Source of the DNA: a virus
Lineage: Duplodnaviria > Caudoviricetes
IMG/VR virus record: IMGVR_UViG_3300020472_000039
Location: 1-51,782 of that record
DNA length: 51,782 nt
Strand: one strand, 5' to 3'
In this document: piece after piece, positions 37,745-47,242 of the stretch
Position numbering within the stretch: position 1 is the first letter of the stretch
Layout: each line of letters begins with the position of its first letter
Position numbers and translations under genes: made by a program
Notes under the pieces: generated by a model
Database searches by the model: none
What the model was told of the DNA's origin: nothing
Seen by the model: the letters and a program-made list of their open reading frames with translations, nothing else

Positions 37745-38625
37745 TTTGTCCACATTGCAGTAGCATGTTAACAAAAAAAGAGGGTAAGAAGAGAAACAAA
37801 GAAACTGTAAAGCAGCAATTTAGTTGTAAGTCTTGCGGTAAATGGTTTTCTATTCCTATACCTTCAGATGTAAAAGAGTATGATAAGAAACACATAGAGC
37901 CTGGAAAACTATTCCAAGTAAAGAGTTCTGAGAAACTACGAATACATGGATTAACTGATATACACGTTGGAGCAAATGAATTTGATTTGAAGAAATTTCA
38001 AGAGGCAATCAAAATTATATATGAAGACCCGAATGCACGATGGTTTGGGAATGGAGATATGATAGAACTGATTCCCCCTAATTATAAAATAAATCAAAGA
38101 GGGCAAAGTATTCCACCAGAAGAGCAATATCTAAGCTTCTTAAAACTGGTACAACCCATACAGGATAAGTGCCTATTTGTAAGAGGAGGGAATCACGACT
38201 ATCTAAGAAGTTTTAATATACTAGATTTTGATGTATGTAAAACATTAGCAAGTGAAATGGATGTTCCATATTTTAGATTGCCAGGATATGCACAAATTAC
38301 TATTGGGGATAAAGATTGGTTTCTAGTTAGTGGACACGGAAAAAGTGGAGCTAAAAACGGAGACATGGAATTGAATCAAATGGCATCAGTATATAGTGAT
38401 GGAGATGTTTACTTTTTAGGACATAACCACCAGTTGTATTGTAAGCCAATAGATTCATTGACAATAGATGAAGGAGAAGAAAGTCTAAAACGTAAATGGT
38501 TTGTAAGAGGAGGGTCGTTCCTCAGATACGCAGACTATGCTCGTTATAGCTTCTATGGGATTCAACGTACGGGTTGGATTACTATGGAATTTACTAAAGA
38601 TAAAATAAACTGTTGGGAGAACTAA
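37741..38625 (+). CDS. calcineurin-like metallophosphoesterase with N-terminal Zn ribbon
   Basis: TDIHVG, NGDMIE, GNHD, GHG and GHNH motifs; CPHC...CKSC. Confidence 0.85.
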   Translation: MICPHCSSMLTKKEGKKRNKETVKQQFSCKSCGKWFSIPIPSDVKEYDKKHIEPGKLFQVKSSEKLRIHGLTDIHVGANEFDLKKFQEAIKIIYEDPNARWFGNGDMIELIPPNYKINQRGQSIPPEEQYLSFLKLVQPIQDKCLFVRGGNHDYLRSFNILDFDVCKTLASEMDVPYFRLPGYAQITIGDKDWFLVSGHGKSGAKNGDMELNQMASVYSDGDVYFLGHNHQLYCKPIDSLTIDEGEESLKRKWFVRGGSFLRYADYARYSFYGIQRTGWITMEFTKDKINCWEN

Positions 38626-38626
38626 A

Positions 38627-38731
38627 ATGCCATACGGAAAAGGAACATACGGAAGTGCAGTTGGAAGACCTAAAAAAAAGAAACCTGCAATGCCAAAGAA
38701 AAAACGTAAAGTAGTTAAAAAAAGAAAATAG
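38627..38731 (+). CDS. 34-aa very basic peptide (MPYGKGTYGSAVGRPKKKK...)
   Basis: GGAG RBS; hand translation. Confidence 0.65.
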   Translation: MPYGKGTYGSAVGRPKKKKPAMPKKKRKVVKKRK

Positions 38732-38866
38732 ATGAAAAACGTTGGAATACAAGTTAGAAGAAGTAACGGAAAAAAGAAGACTCGTCAGGGTCAAAGTAAA
38801 AATACGAAGTTTGGAAATAAGTTAAGTCCAAAATACTATAAGAAAAGGAGTAGGGGACAAGGATGA
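38732..38866 (+). CDS. 44-aa basic peptide (...KKTRQG...KKRSRGQG)
   Basis: abuts the previous stop; ATGA overlap with the next gene. Confidence 0.65.
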   Translation: MKNVGIQVRRSNGKKKTRQGQSKNTKFGNKLSPKYYKKRSRGQG

Positions 38867-39120
38867 AAAATAAGAAAAGTCTATCAAAACATGATATTAT
38901 GAGAGCTATTAAAGGTATGTCTTTTCAATTAGAAGCATTACAACGTCATGTATTAATGATAGACGATGTATTAGATAAATACATTCGCATGAATAAAGAC
39001 GATAAAAAGCTTGTAAAATATTTGGAAAAAATACGTAAGGAACAAGAAGAAAAAGCTGAAAAAGATGAACAAGATTCAAAATATAAGCAAAGCAGAAGAA
39101 GCGCTCCAGCTAGCAAGTAA
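38863..39120 (+). CDS. hypothetical protein
   Basis: packed ORF. Confidence 0.65.
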   Translation: MKNKKSLSKHDIMRAIKGMSFQLEALQRHVLMIDDVLDKYIRMNKDDKKLVKYLEKIRKEQEEKAEKDEQDSKYKQSRRSAPASK

Positions 39121-40636
39121 GGATATGATTGCTTTTGGTAAATTATTTTTACCAGACGATTTTATGCGAAGCGAAACTCCAGCATTTCATTATGAGATGG
39201 CGGATGCTATTGATAACCCAGAAGTAAAACAACTAGCGGTTATTTTGCCTCGTGGTCACGGAAAAACTGTGCTTACTAAATGCTCAATTATTAAGGACTT
39301 TTGTTTTTGTCCAAAAGATGATATGCTATTTTATGCATGGGTATCTGCGACACAAAAACTGAGTACTGGTAATATGGACTATATTAAGTATCACTTTGAA
39401 TATAACGATAAAATCAAATACTATTTTGGTAATTTGAAAGGAAGGAAATGGACAGAAGAAGATGTTGAATTACAAAATGGATGTAAGCTCATTAGTAAAT
39501 CGAATGTTGCAGGGATTCGAGGAGGGGCTAAATTACATAAGAGGTACGACCTTATTATTCTCGATGACTTCGAACATGAAGCAAACACGATTACAGCTGA
39601 AGCACGTAGTAAAAACTCTAACCTCGTTACTGCTGTGGTTTATCCTGCTATCGAGCCTCATACTGGTAGGCTTCGGGTTAATGGTACTCCTGTGCATTAT
39701 GATAGTTTTATCAATAATCTTATCATTAATTACGAACGTCAAAAAAAAGGTAAAGACGATTTTGCGTGGAGAGTAATTACATATAAAGCAATATTGCCAG
39801 ATGGCAGCTCTTTGTGGCCTGGATGGTTTCCTCTTTCTAAGTTAGCAGAAAAAAAGAAATTCTATCAAGATAGTGGTACTCCATCAAAATTCTATCAAGA
39901 GTATATGATGCAGGTACAATCTGAAGAAGATTCAGTTTGGACACAAAAACATATTAAATATTGGGAAGGATATTATGAATATGACAAGGAATCGGAAATG
40001 GGATATATTGTTCAAGACGGAGAAAGAGTTCCTGTTAATACATTCATAGGATGCGACCCAGCTACAGATATTGATACAAAAGAATCAGACTTTAGTGTAA
40101 TAATGGTTATTGCTGTAGACTCAAATAACAATAGGTATGTATTGGAATATGAAAGACATCGTAGTGTTCCTACTTTAGGAGCAAAAGATAAGGATGGAAA
40201 AGTTTTTGATAGAAAGGGTGTAGTAGATTATATTATTGAATTGTATAATAAATATAATTGTAAGAGTGCTACAGTAGAAGATGTAGCTATGAATCGTAGT
40301 ATTTTTCAAGCATTGAATGACGAAAGAAGACGAATAAACAGATATGATATTAGCGTTATTCCTGAGAAGCCAGGAGGGACTCAAAAAAGAAATAGAATTT
40401 ATTCAGGTTTATCTGGCATTTTTAGTGTAGGTTCATTATATTTTAGAGAAAATATGTTTGATTTAATTAATGAAATCATTACATTTGGACCAAGAATGGC
40501 ACATGATGATACAATTGAGGGACTATATTATGCTAATTTACACGCTTTTCCCCCTAATTTTAAACAAAATGGGACAAAAGAGAAGCCAAAATGGTATAAA
40601 CCGAAAAGAAAAGCAAAACATTGGTTGGTATCATAA
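39065..40636 (+). CDS. terL: terminase large subunit
   Basis: PRGHGKT Walker A; IILDDFE Walker B; GTP; FYQEY; GCDPA and HDDTIE nuclease motifs. Confidence 0.95.
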   Translation: MNKIQNISKAEEALQLASKDMIAFGKLFLPDDFMRSETPAFHYEMADAIDNPEVKQLAVILPRGHGKTVLTKCSIIKDFCFCPKDDMLFYAWVSATQKLSTGNMDYIKYHFEYNDKIKYYFGNLKGRKWTEEDVELQNGCKLISKSNVAGIRGGAKLHKRYDLIILDDFEHEANTITAEARSKNSNLVTAVVYPAIEPHTGRLRVNGTPVHYDSFINNLIINYERQKKGKDDFAWRVITYKAILPDGSSLWPGWFPLSKLAEKKKFYQDSGTPSKFYQEYMMQVQSEEDSVWTQKHIKYWEGYYEYDKESEMGYIVQDGERVPVNTFIGCDPATDIDTKESDFSVIMVIAVDSNNNRYVLEYERHRSVPTLGAKDKDGKVFDRKGVVDYIIELYNKYNCKSATVEDVAMNRSIFQALNDERRRINRYDISVIPEKPGGTQKRNRIYSGLSGIFSVGSLYFRENMFDLINEIITFGPRMAHDDTIEGLYYANLHAFPPNFKQNGTKEKPKWYKPKRKAKHWLVS

Positions 40637-40851
40637 TGTTTGATTTATTTAAGGATGAAAATGAATATAACGAAAAGAATATCATTGGATTTCTTTCATT
40701 CGCACTTATGTGTGTATTTGGAATTGTAGATTTAGCAATGGGAATTATAGGTATTGAACTTATGGTTAATGACTATATTTACAATTCATTTGTTTGGATT
40801 ACACTTGGTTCGTTTGGAATTTCAGGAGCAGAAAAAGTTTATAAAAAATAG
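40636..40851 (+). CDS. small two-TM membrane protein (holin-like)
   Basis: TAATG coupling gives ATG 40636; two hydrophobic segments; close to the endolysin. Confidence 0.6.
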   Translation: MFDLFKDENEYNEKNIIGFLSFALMCVFGIVDLAMGIIGIELMVNDYIYNSFVWITLGSFGISGAEKVYKK

Positions 40852-40859
40852 GAACAATT

Positions 40860-41996
40860 ATGCAACAAGATAAAAAAAAGTGGATAGATAGGCAATGGCA
40901 TACTGATTATGGCTCAGAATATGAAGAAAGTTTTGAAGAAAGAAAGATTCGAGAAAATAGAAAAAGCAAATTATTTAGTGGATGGAAAGAAAAAAGAGCG
41001 GAAAAATTAAGAAATAAAGCAGATAAACTAGACCCTCCAAAACCAGAACCAACAATGGGAAAAGGGGTTGTAGAATCTTTAGTAATGGATAATTTTGTAA
41101 AAGGAGAAGATAAAAGTAGTCTATACAATTATTCTTTGGAAGACGAAAAAAAACAAGTAAAATTAGCAGATTTAGGATTTATGACTCACGATGAAGTAGA
41201 TGGGAAATGGGGACCTCAATCTGTTCAAATGGATTCCTTGTATGTAATATTAAAAGGAAAAGGTTTTGATGACAAAACTATTACCGCTAGAAATTATGCA
41301 GAACGTGAAGGATATAGTGAAAAAGTTTTAAATTTATTAGACCCAGTTAATGGAGAAGCTGGAAAAGAATTATTTATGTATGCAACAACTCCTAATTTAC
41401 AACAATTTTTAACAAAAGAAGAAAAACAAGTATTATTCAAAGATTCTTTACCAAAACAAATACCAAGCGGTAGAGGGGATAGAATGGTTGACGCAGAATA
41501 TAGCGATGCAAGTGTTGAAGATATTGTTATGGGTAAAATGGAAAGTATGGATAAAAATAAATTAGATGAAGATAAAATAAAACATCTTTATGGAAAAGTG
41601 GGATTAGCAGCTTTAGATGTAGGAAGATATACTGCTGGTAAGCTTGGTACTATAGGAGAAAAATTTGAAAAAATAAGAAATAATCCTGAAACTCTTGCAA
41701 GATTTCTAGGACTTTCTAATCCGCTATTAGTTGAAGAAATGGTACAAGCTAGTAAATTTGTTGTGAAAAAAGGCAGTGAAAAAATTAAAGATATGAAAAA
41801 TAAAAATAAAGAACAAGTTGTTCCTTGGATTGAAAATCAAGAACGTCTTAATGAATCTAAATATGGTAGAAAAGATATTAGACAAGCTACTAATCAAGAA
41901 ATAGTAAATCCTCGTATGCCTGGAGAATTAAGAAGAGAAGCAGAAGAAGCTGGTTTAGAAGATAAAAGTCCTTATGTAGGGAAAAGGAATTATTAA
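40860..41996 (+). CDS. hypothetical protein with a peptidoglycan-binding-like motif
   Basis: KQVKLADLGF...VDGKWGPQS resembles the PG_binding_1 DG.xG..T motif. Confidence 0.5.
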   Translation: MQQDKKKWIDRQWHTDYGSEYEESFEERKIRENRKSKLFSGWKEKRAEKLRNKADKLDPPKPEPTMGKGVVESLVMDNFVKGEDKSSLYNYSLEDEKKQVKLADLGFMTHDEVDGKWGPQSVQMDSLYVILKGKGFDDKTITARNYAEREGYSEKVLNLLDPVNGEAGKELFMYATTPNLQQFLTKEEKQVLFKDSLPKQIPSGRGDRMVDAEYSDASVEDIVMGKMESMDKNKLDEDKIKHLYGKVGLAALDVGRYTAGKLGTIGEKFEKIRNNPETLARFLGLSNPLLVEEMVQASKFVVKKGSEKIKDMKNKNKEQVVPWIENQERLNESKYGRKDIRQATNQEIVNPRMPGELRREAEEAGLEDKSPYVGKRNY

Positions 41997-42388
41997 TGCC
42001 AAGTTTTGGAAAAAAATCACAAGAAAAATTAAATACATGCGACCCTAGATTAGTAGAACTATTTGAAATAGTAGTAGAAGATTTTGATTGTACTGTTTTG
42101 CAAGGACATCGTGGAGAAGAAGAACAGAACAAGCTATTTGAAGAAGGATTTAGTAAATTAAAATATCCAAAAGGAAATCATAACAAATATCCTTCATTGG
42201 CTGTAGACGTTGCTCCTTATCCAGTAGACTGGGAAGATAGAGAACGATTTACGTATTTTGCTGGATTTGTTATGGGGATTGCTGCTTCAATGGGACTTAC
42301 TATTCGTTGGGGTGGAGATTGGGACAGAGATACAAATTTAAAAAATAATAATTTTGATGATTTACCACATTTTGAAATAAGGGACTAA
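41996..42388 (+). CDS. endolysin, M15-family L-Ala-D-Glu peptidase (T5-like)
   Basis: GHRGEEEQ, H...PSLAVD, RWGGDW and DLPHFE motifs. Confidence 0.9.
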   Translation: MPSFGKKSQEKLNTCDPRLVELFEIVVEDFDCTVLQGHRGEEEQNKLFEEGFSKLKYPKGNHNKYPSLAVDVAPYPVDWEDRERFTYFAGFVMGIAASMGLTIRWGGDWDRDTNLKNNNFDDLPHFEIRD

Positions 42389-42389
42389 T

Positions 42390-44642
42390 ATGGCTAAAAG
42401 AGGAAGAAAAAATAAAGCTGATGTAAATAAACAATTGTTTGATAAAGCAAATAATTATTATAGAAAAAAATGGTTTACTGATTCTCAGCAAAGTATGGAT
42501 TTTTATTTAAATGAGCAATTATCAACTCAAGAATTAGAAGATTTAAGAGAAGGAGGTATGCCAGACTTTATTATTAATCGTATTACTCCAGCAATTGATA
42601 TTATGAAATATTTTGTTACAGCTAATAATCCTAGATGGCAAGCAATTGGAACAGAAGGTAGTGATAGTGATATAGCGCATATTCATAGTATGATTGCTGA
42701 ACATTGTTGGCATCTTTCTAATGGTAAAAGTTTGTTTGGAAATGTTATACAAGATTCTTTAGTAAAAGGTATGGGTTTATTTAAAATTGATATTGACCCT
42801 GATGCTGATAAAGGAATGGGTGAAGTAATATTTAACTCTATAGACCCTTATGATTTGTATGTAGACCCTATGAGTAGAGATTTTTTATTTAGAGATGCTA
42901 GTTATGTAATAGTTCAAAAAAACTTATCAAAAACAGCATTGGCTTCTATGTTTCCACAATTTAAAAAGAAAATTGTAAGAGCATCTGGTCAAGCTCAAAG
43001 CAAACAATATTCTCAAAGAGATGTACATTCTTCAGAAACAATACAACCAGGAGATGTAGAATATGAAGCATATACTTTAGAAGGAGAACAAGATGAAATT
43101 ATAGATTTCTATGAAGTATATACAAAAGAAAAAATTCCTTATGTAAATATTTGGATTAAACAACCTCCTACTCCACAAGAATTAGAACAAATTAAAGCTC
43201 AAGCGCAAGAACAAATTCAATTTATGATAAATGAAATTCAAGTTTCTTTAGCTGAAGAGCAACAAAAATTAGCAGAATTAGTTCAAGAAGGTGAAATGCT
43301 TCCAGAAAGAATGCAATTAGAGTTAGAGAAATTGCAAAAAGATGCTCAAATGAAAATGGAAGAACAACAAGCTATATTAGAAGCTCAATTAATTGAAACA
43401 CAATCTAGAACTGTTCAACAAACAATGGAAAAAGCTTTATATGATGATTTAGCAAAAGATGAAAATTATTTAAAAAATGTTGTAGACTATGTAAGTTTTT
43501 TTAAGACACAAATTAAAATGTGTGCTTCGGCGGGAGATATATATTTATATGAAACAATTTTACCAATAAAAGACTATCCAATAATTCCTATTTGTTTTAC
43601 TTATACAAACACTCCATATCCAGTAGGTGCAGTATTACCTATGATTGGAAAACAAAGAGAAATAAATAAAGCACATCAAATTATGCTACATAATGCAAAT
43701 TTAGCTTCTAATCTTAGATGGCTATATACTGAGGGTAGTGTAAATGAAGAAGAATGGGAAAAATATTCAAGTAGTCCTGGAGCTATGTTAAAATATAGAC
43801 AAGGATTTGAGAAACCAGACCCAGTACAACCTTTACCAATTAATAATGCTTTTTATACAGTAACTCAACAAGGAAAATCTGATATAGAATATATTAGTGG
43901 TATATCTTCTAGTATGCAAGGAGTAGGAGACCAAAGTCACGAAACTTATCGTGGTATGTTAGCAATGGATGAATATGGAACGAGAAGAGTTAGACAATGG
44001 GTTAATAATATTGTAGAACCTGCTTTAGAGCATATGGGAAGTATATTTAAAGACATTTCTCAATTTGTATATACAACACAAAAAGTTTTTAGAATAGTTC
44101 AACCAGAAGAAGGTCAAACAGAAGGTGAAATTAATGAAGTGACTATTAATATTCCAATGTATAATAGTTTTGGTGAGGTAGTAGAAAGATTTAATGATTA
44201 CCCTTCAAGTCAATTTGATGTTAGAATTGTTGCAGGTTCAACACAACCTATAAATAGATGGGCATTATTAGATGAATATTTCAAATGGTATCAATCTGGA
44301 TTAATAGACGATATTGCTATGATTGAACAAACCGATATAAGAAATAAAAAAGCATTATTACAAAGAAAAAGCTTATATTCTCAATTGCAAGGACAATTAG
44401 GAGAAATGGAAGAAATTATTAAAAATCAAACTGGAACTATTGAAACATTAGAAAGACAAGTGGTTCAATCTGGTATTAAAGATAAAATTAATGAAGGTGC
44501 TGCTGCGATAGATAAATCAGTAGTAGAATCACAAGCTCAACAAAAAGTATTGCAAGGAAGGATGAAAGATTCCGTAGAAATGCATAAAAAAGAATTAGCA
44601 CTAGATAAAGAAAAGAATAGTGTTGATAATAAAGAAAAATAA
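42390..44642 (+). CDS. portal protein (P22-like, podovirus type)
   Basis: INRITP, YVDP.SRD..F.DA, YPIIP, QREINK motifs; coiled-coil tail; position. Confidence 0.88.
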   Translation: MAKRGRKNKADVNKQLFDKANNYYRKKWFTDSQQSMDFYLNEQLSTQELEDLREGGMPDFIINRITPAIDIMKYFVTANNPRWQAIGTEGSDSDIAHIHSMIAEHCWHLSNGKSLFGNVIQDSLVKGMGLFKIDIDPDADKGMGEVIFNSIDPYDLYVDPMSRDFLFRDASYVIVQKNLSKTALASMFPQFKKKIVRASGQAQSKQYSQRDVHSSETIQPGDVEYEAYTLEGEQDEIIDFYEVYTKEKIPYVNIWIKQPPTPQELEQIKAQAQEQIQFMINEIQVSLAEEQQKLAELVQEGEMLPERMQLELEKLQKDAQMKMEEQQAILEAQLIETQSRTVQQTMEKALYDDLAKDENYLKNVVDYVSFFKTQIKMCASAGDIYLYETILPIKDYPIIPICFTYTNTPYPVGAVLPMIGKQREINKAHQIMLHNANLASNLRWLYTEGSVNEEEWEKYSSSPGAMLKYRQGFEKPDPVQPLPINNAFYTVTQQGKSDIEYISGISSSMQGVGDQSHETYRGMLAMDEYGTRRVRQWVNNIVEPALEHMGSIFKDISQFVYTTQKVFRIVQPEEGQTEGEINEVTINIPMYNSFGEVVERFNDYPSSQFDVRIVAGSTQPINRWALLDEYFKWYQSGLIDDIAMIEQTDIRNKKALLQRKSLYSQLQGQLGEMEEIIKNQTGTIETLERQVVQSGIKDKINEGAAAIDKSVVESQAQQKVLQGRMKDSVEMHKKELALDKEKNSVDNKEK

Positions 44643-44651
44643 CTGTAAATT
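44623..44651 (+). promoter_or_regulatory. sigma70-type promoter for scaffold/capsid
   Basis: TTGATA-17 bp-TAAATT before the AAGGAG RBS. Confidence 0.65.
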
Positions 44652-44665
44652 AGAAGGAGTGCAGT

Positions 44666-45523
44666 ATGAATGATAACAAGGACAACTTAATGGTTGACGA
44701 TACAGACAGACCATTAACCCCACAGGAAAATGATACTGTGGCTGAAGAATTTTTTTCTCAGCTTGACAAACAAGTTATGGGTGAAACACTAGAACAGCCA
44801 ATTGATGAAGCTCAGGTATCACAGACAACTTCTCCACAAGAGAACCCTGTTGAAGAGCAACAGTCTACACTAGGTGTAGATAATTTAGAAAAGAGATATT
44901 CGGACTCTTCTCGTGAAGCTAAGCGACTTAATAATCGTTTAACAGAGTTAGAACCTTATATGCCTTTACTAAATGCAATGAAAGAAGACCCTAATTTAAT
45001 TTCTCATGTGAAAAATTATTTTGAGGGTGGCGGCTCAGCTCCAACGAGCGTAAAAGAGCAGCTTGGCTTAGACGAAGATTTCGTATTTGATTATGATGAT
45101 GCTTTGTCAGACCCTAACTCTTCATCTGCTAAATTGTTTAGTGCAACAGTAGATGGGGTGGTGCAAAGAAGATTGGGAGATTTTGCTAAAAAACAATCCA
45201 TGCAATCACGTAGAGCATCTGAAGAAACAGCTTTTAAAAGTAAGCATGATGTTTCAGAAGCAGACTATAATGATTTAATGGATTATGCAAAATCACATAA
45301 GCTAACATTAGAAGATGTATATTATTTGAAAAATAGAGATAATAGAGACTCACAAGTCGCTAATAACACTAGAGATGAAGTAATACAACAAATGAAAAAT
45401 GTTAGACAAATGCCACAAAGTGTTGCATCAGCTGGGAATACACAAAGGGAAGAAAAATCAGTAGACGATGCCGTTTTTGACAAGCTACTTGCTCAAGGTT
45501 CTGGGTTAGACAAGTTAATGTAA
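44666..45523 (+). CDS. capsid scaffolding protein
   Basis: acidic; LEKRYSDSSREA motif; between portal and capsid. Confidence 0.7.
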   Translation: MNDNKDNLMVDDTDRPLTPQENDTVAEEFFSQLDKQVMGETLEQPIDEAQVSQTTSPQENPVEEQQSTLGVDNLEKRYSDSSREAKRLNNRLTELEPYMPLLNAMKEDPNLISHVKNYFEGGGSAPTSVKEQLGLDEDFVFDYDDALSDPNSSSAKLFSATVDGVVQRRLGDFAKKQSMQSRRASEETAFKSKHDVSEADYNDLMDYAKSHKLTLEDVYYLKNRDNRDSQVANNTRDEVIQQMKNVRQMPQSVASAGNTQREEKSVDDAVFDKLLAQGSGLDKLM

Positions 45524-45553
45524 ACAACCTAAAACCCCTAGGAGGGAAATAAA

Positions 45554-47155
45554 ATGGCAGATAATCCATTCTTTTTGTCAAGCTCAACAGGTTTGACAGA
45601 ATCAAGCGCAGCAATAGCTGCAAGTGGGAAGCTGACTGGTGATTTACGTAGACGATATGATTTTTCTGAAAGATTTTCGGAATTGGCTTTAGACCAAACC
45701 CCATTTTTCAGACTAGTGTCTATGTTATCAAAAAAACCAACAGACGACCCTGAATTTAAATTCACCGAAAAGAGACAATCATTTCTTAAGCGTTATGCTT
45801 ATGTAGTTGGTTGGGCTCATGGTTCAGCTGGAGCAGCTGGAACCGCAGTTTGGAACGATGCACAAGTACGTGCAATCGACAACGACTCAGGTGTATTAGT
45901 AGTAGGCGATACAGTAAAATTACTTATGGCTGGAGACTACTTAAGTGCTGGTAACATTCAAAATGTTTCTGGACAATCAAACGGAAAAATTATGGTTGGA
46001 GCAGCTGGAACAGCTCCTGAATTTTTCCTTAAAAATCAAATCATCAAAGTACCTATGAGTTCAACAGCTAATGGTGGTGCAATGACTGACTATATGTTAG
46101 TTCGTATTACCTTAGACCCTGCTGCTGTTACAGGACACGACTTTAGTGCAAATAGCATTGGCGGTCCATCTGGCGGTACATATGTAAGAATAGAAGGTAC
46201 AGTACTTAGATATGATGGTACTCATAAAGAGTTAGCATCATTCTCAGGTAATAAAGCTGACTATGAAGTATATGATGAAAGCATTGCTGAATCATTAGAA
46301 GCTAAACGTTCATACGTTGTTGGTAATTCTTTTGAAGAAGGTTCTGGCTTAATTGATAAACAATGGAAAGATAATCCATACTCAACTGGTTATGGTGCAA
46401 CTCAGATTTTTAGAACTGAGTTCGGTATGACTAATACTGCAAGAGCAACAGCTCTAAAGTATGAACCAAATGAGTGGGCGAGAATCTGGAAAGACAAACT
46501 AATTGAACACAAATGGGATATTGAGCACGCTGGACTATTCAGTACTCAATATAAATCAGGTAGCGTTCAACATACTCAAGGTGCAATTGACTACGTATTA
46601 AACTATGGTAATTTATTTAGTTTAGATACAGGAACTAAGACAATCGATGATTTCTTAGATGATATGTCAAAATATCAAGACCCAAGATACAATCAAGACA
46701 AAGCAACAGTATTCTTATGTAGTACTGCTGTATATACTTGGTTGCATAAACTAGGTGGATTCTTTAGAAATAATCTAGCTATTGGGAATCAAGCAACTCA
46801 AAATGTAGCAGGTAATGAAAATGTCGGAGGACATGGACTATTTGGTGCAGACCTTGCAGTTACTGGTCGTAAAAAAGTAATGGGACTAGACGTAACAACT
46901 TTCTCAACAGTATATGGAGACATGAATGTGTCAAGATGTATTGCTTTAGATGGTTCACAAGTTAAAGTTCTTGCATTAAATTTAAATAATGTAGCTTACA
47001 GACCATTAGTTGGTAATGGAATTAATAGAGACACTTCTATCTATGTCGGAGTTCAAGGATTAGAGAACACTGGTAGAGATGAAAGAGTAGATATGATTCT
47101 AACTGAAGCTGGTTTCGAATATAAGATGCCAGAATCACACGCTATTTGGACATAA
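45554..47155 (+). CDS. major capsid protein (HK97 fold, DUF5309-like) with a large insertion
   Basis: QTPFF, QIFRT, EHKWDIE and TEAG motifs; position; strong RBS. Confidence 0.88.
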   Translation: MADNPFFLSSSTGLTESSAAIAASGKLTGDLRRRYDFSERFSELALDQTPFFRLVSMLSKKPTDDPEFKFTEKRQSFLKRYAYVVGWAHGSAGAAGTAVWNDAQVRAIDNDSGVLVVGDTVKLLMAGDYLSAGNIQNVSGQSNGKIMVGAAGTAPEFFLKNQIIKVPMSSTANGGAMTDYMLVRITLDPAAVTGHDFSANSIGGPSGGTYVRIEGTVLRYDGTHKELASFSGNKADYEVYDESIAESLEAKRSYVVGNSFEEGSGLIDKQWKDNPYSTGYGATQIFRTEFGMTNTARATALKYEPNEWARIWKDKLIEHKWDIEHAGLFSTQYKSGSVQHTQGAIDYVLNYGNLFSLDTGTKTIDDFLDDMSKYQDPRYNQDKATVFLCSTAVYTWLHKLGGFFRNNLAIGNQATQNVAGNENVGGHGLFGADLAVTGRKKVMGLDVTTFSTVYGDMNVSRCIALDGSQVKVLALNLNNVAYRPLVGNGINRDTSIYVGVQGLENTGRDERVDMILTEAGFEYKMPESHAIWT

Positions 47156-47167
47156 TCTAAATAGATA

Positions 47168-47230
47168 ATTTGCATTGGGTCTTTGTAGGTTCTTTACCTC
47201 CTTTCTCCCTACGGGGACCCATTTGCGAAT
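47168..47230 (+). promoter_or_regulatory. long stem-loop after the capsid gene with an anti-SD-like loop
   Basis: TGGGTCTTTGTAGG / CCTACGGGGACCCA stem; loop contains ACCTCCTTTCT. Confidence 0.65.
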
Positions 47231-47242
47231 ATGGAGATATAT

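Noticed and set aside
37741-37850. IS1 InsA-like Zn ribbon suggesting an insertion sequence
   Set aside because: Fused in frame to a phosphoesterase; no transposase or terminal inverted repeats
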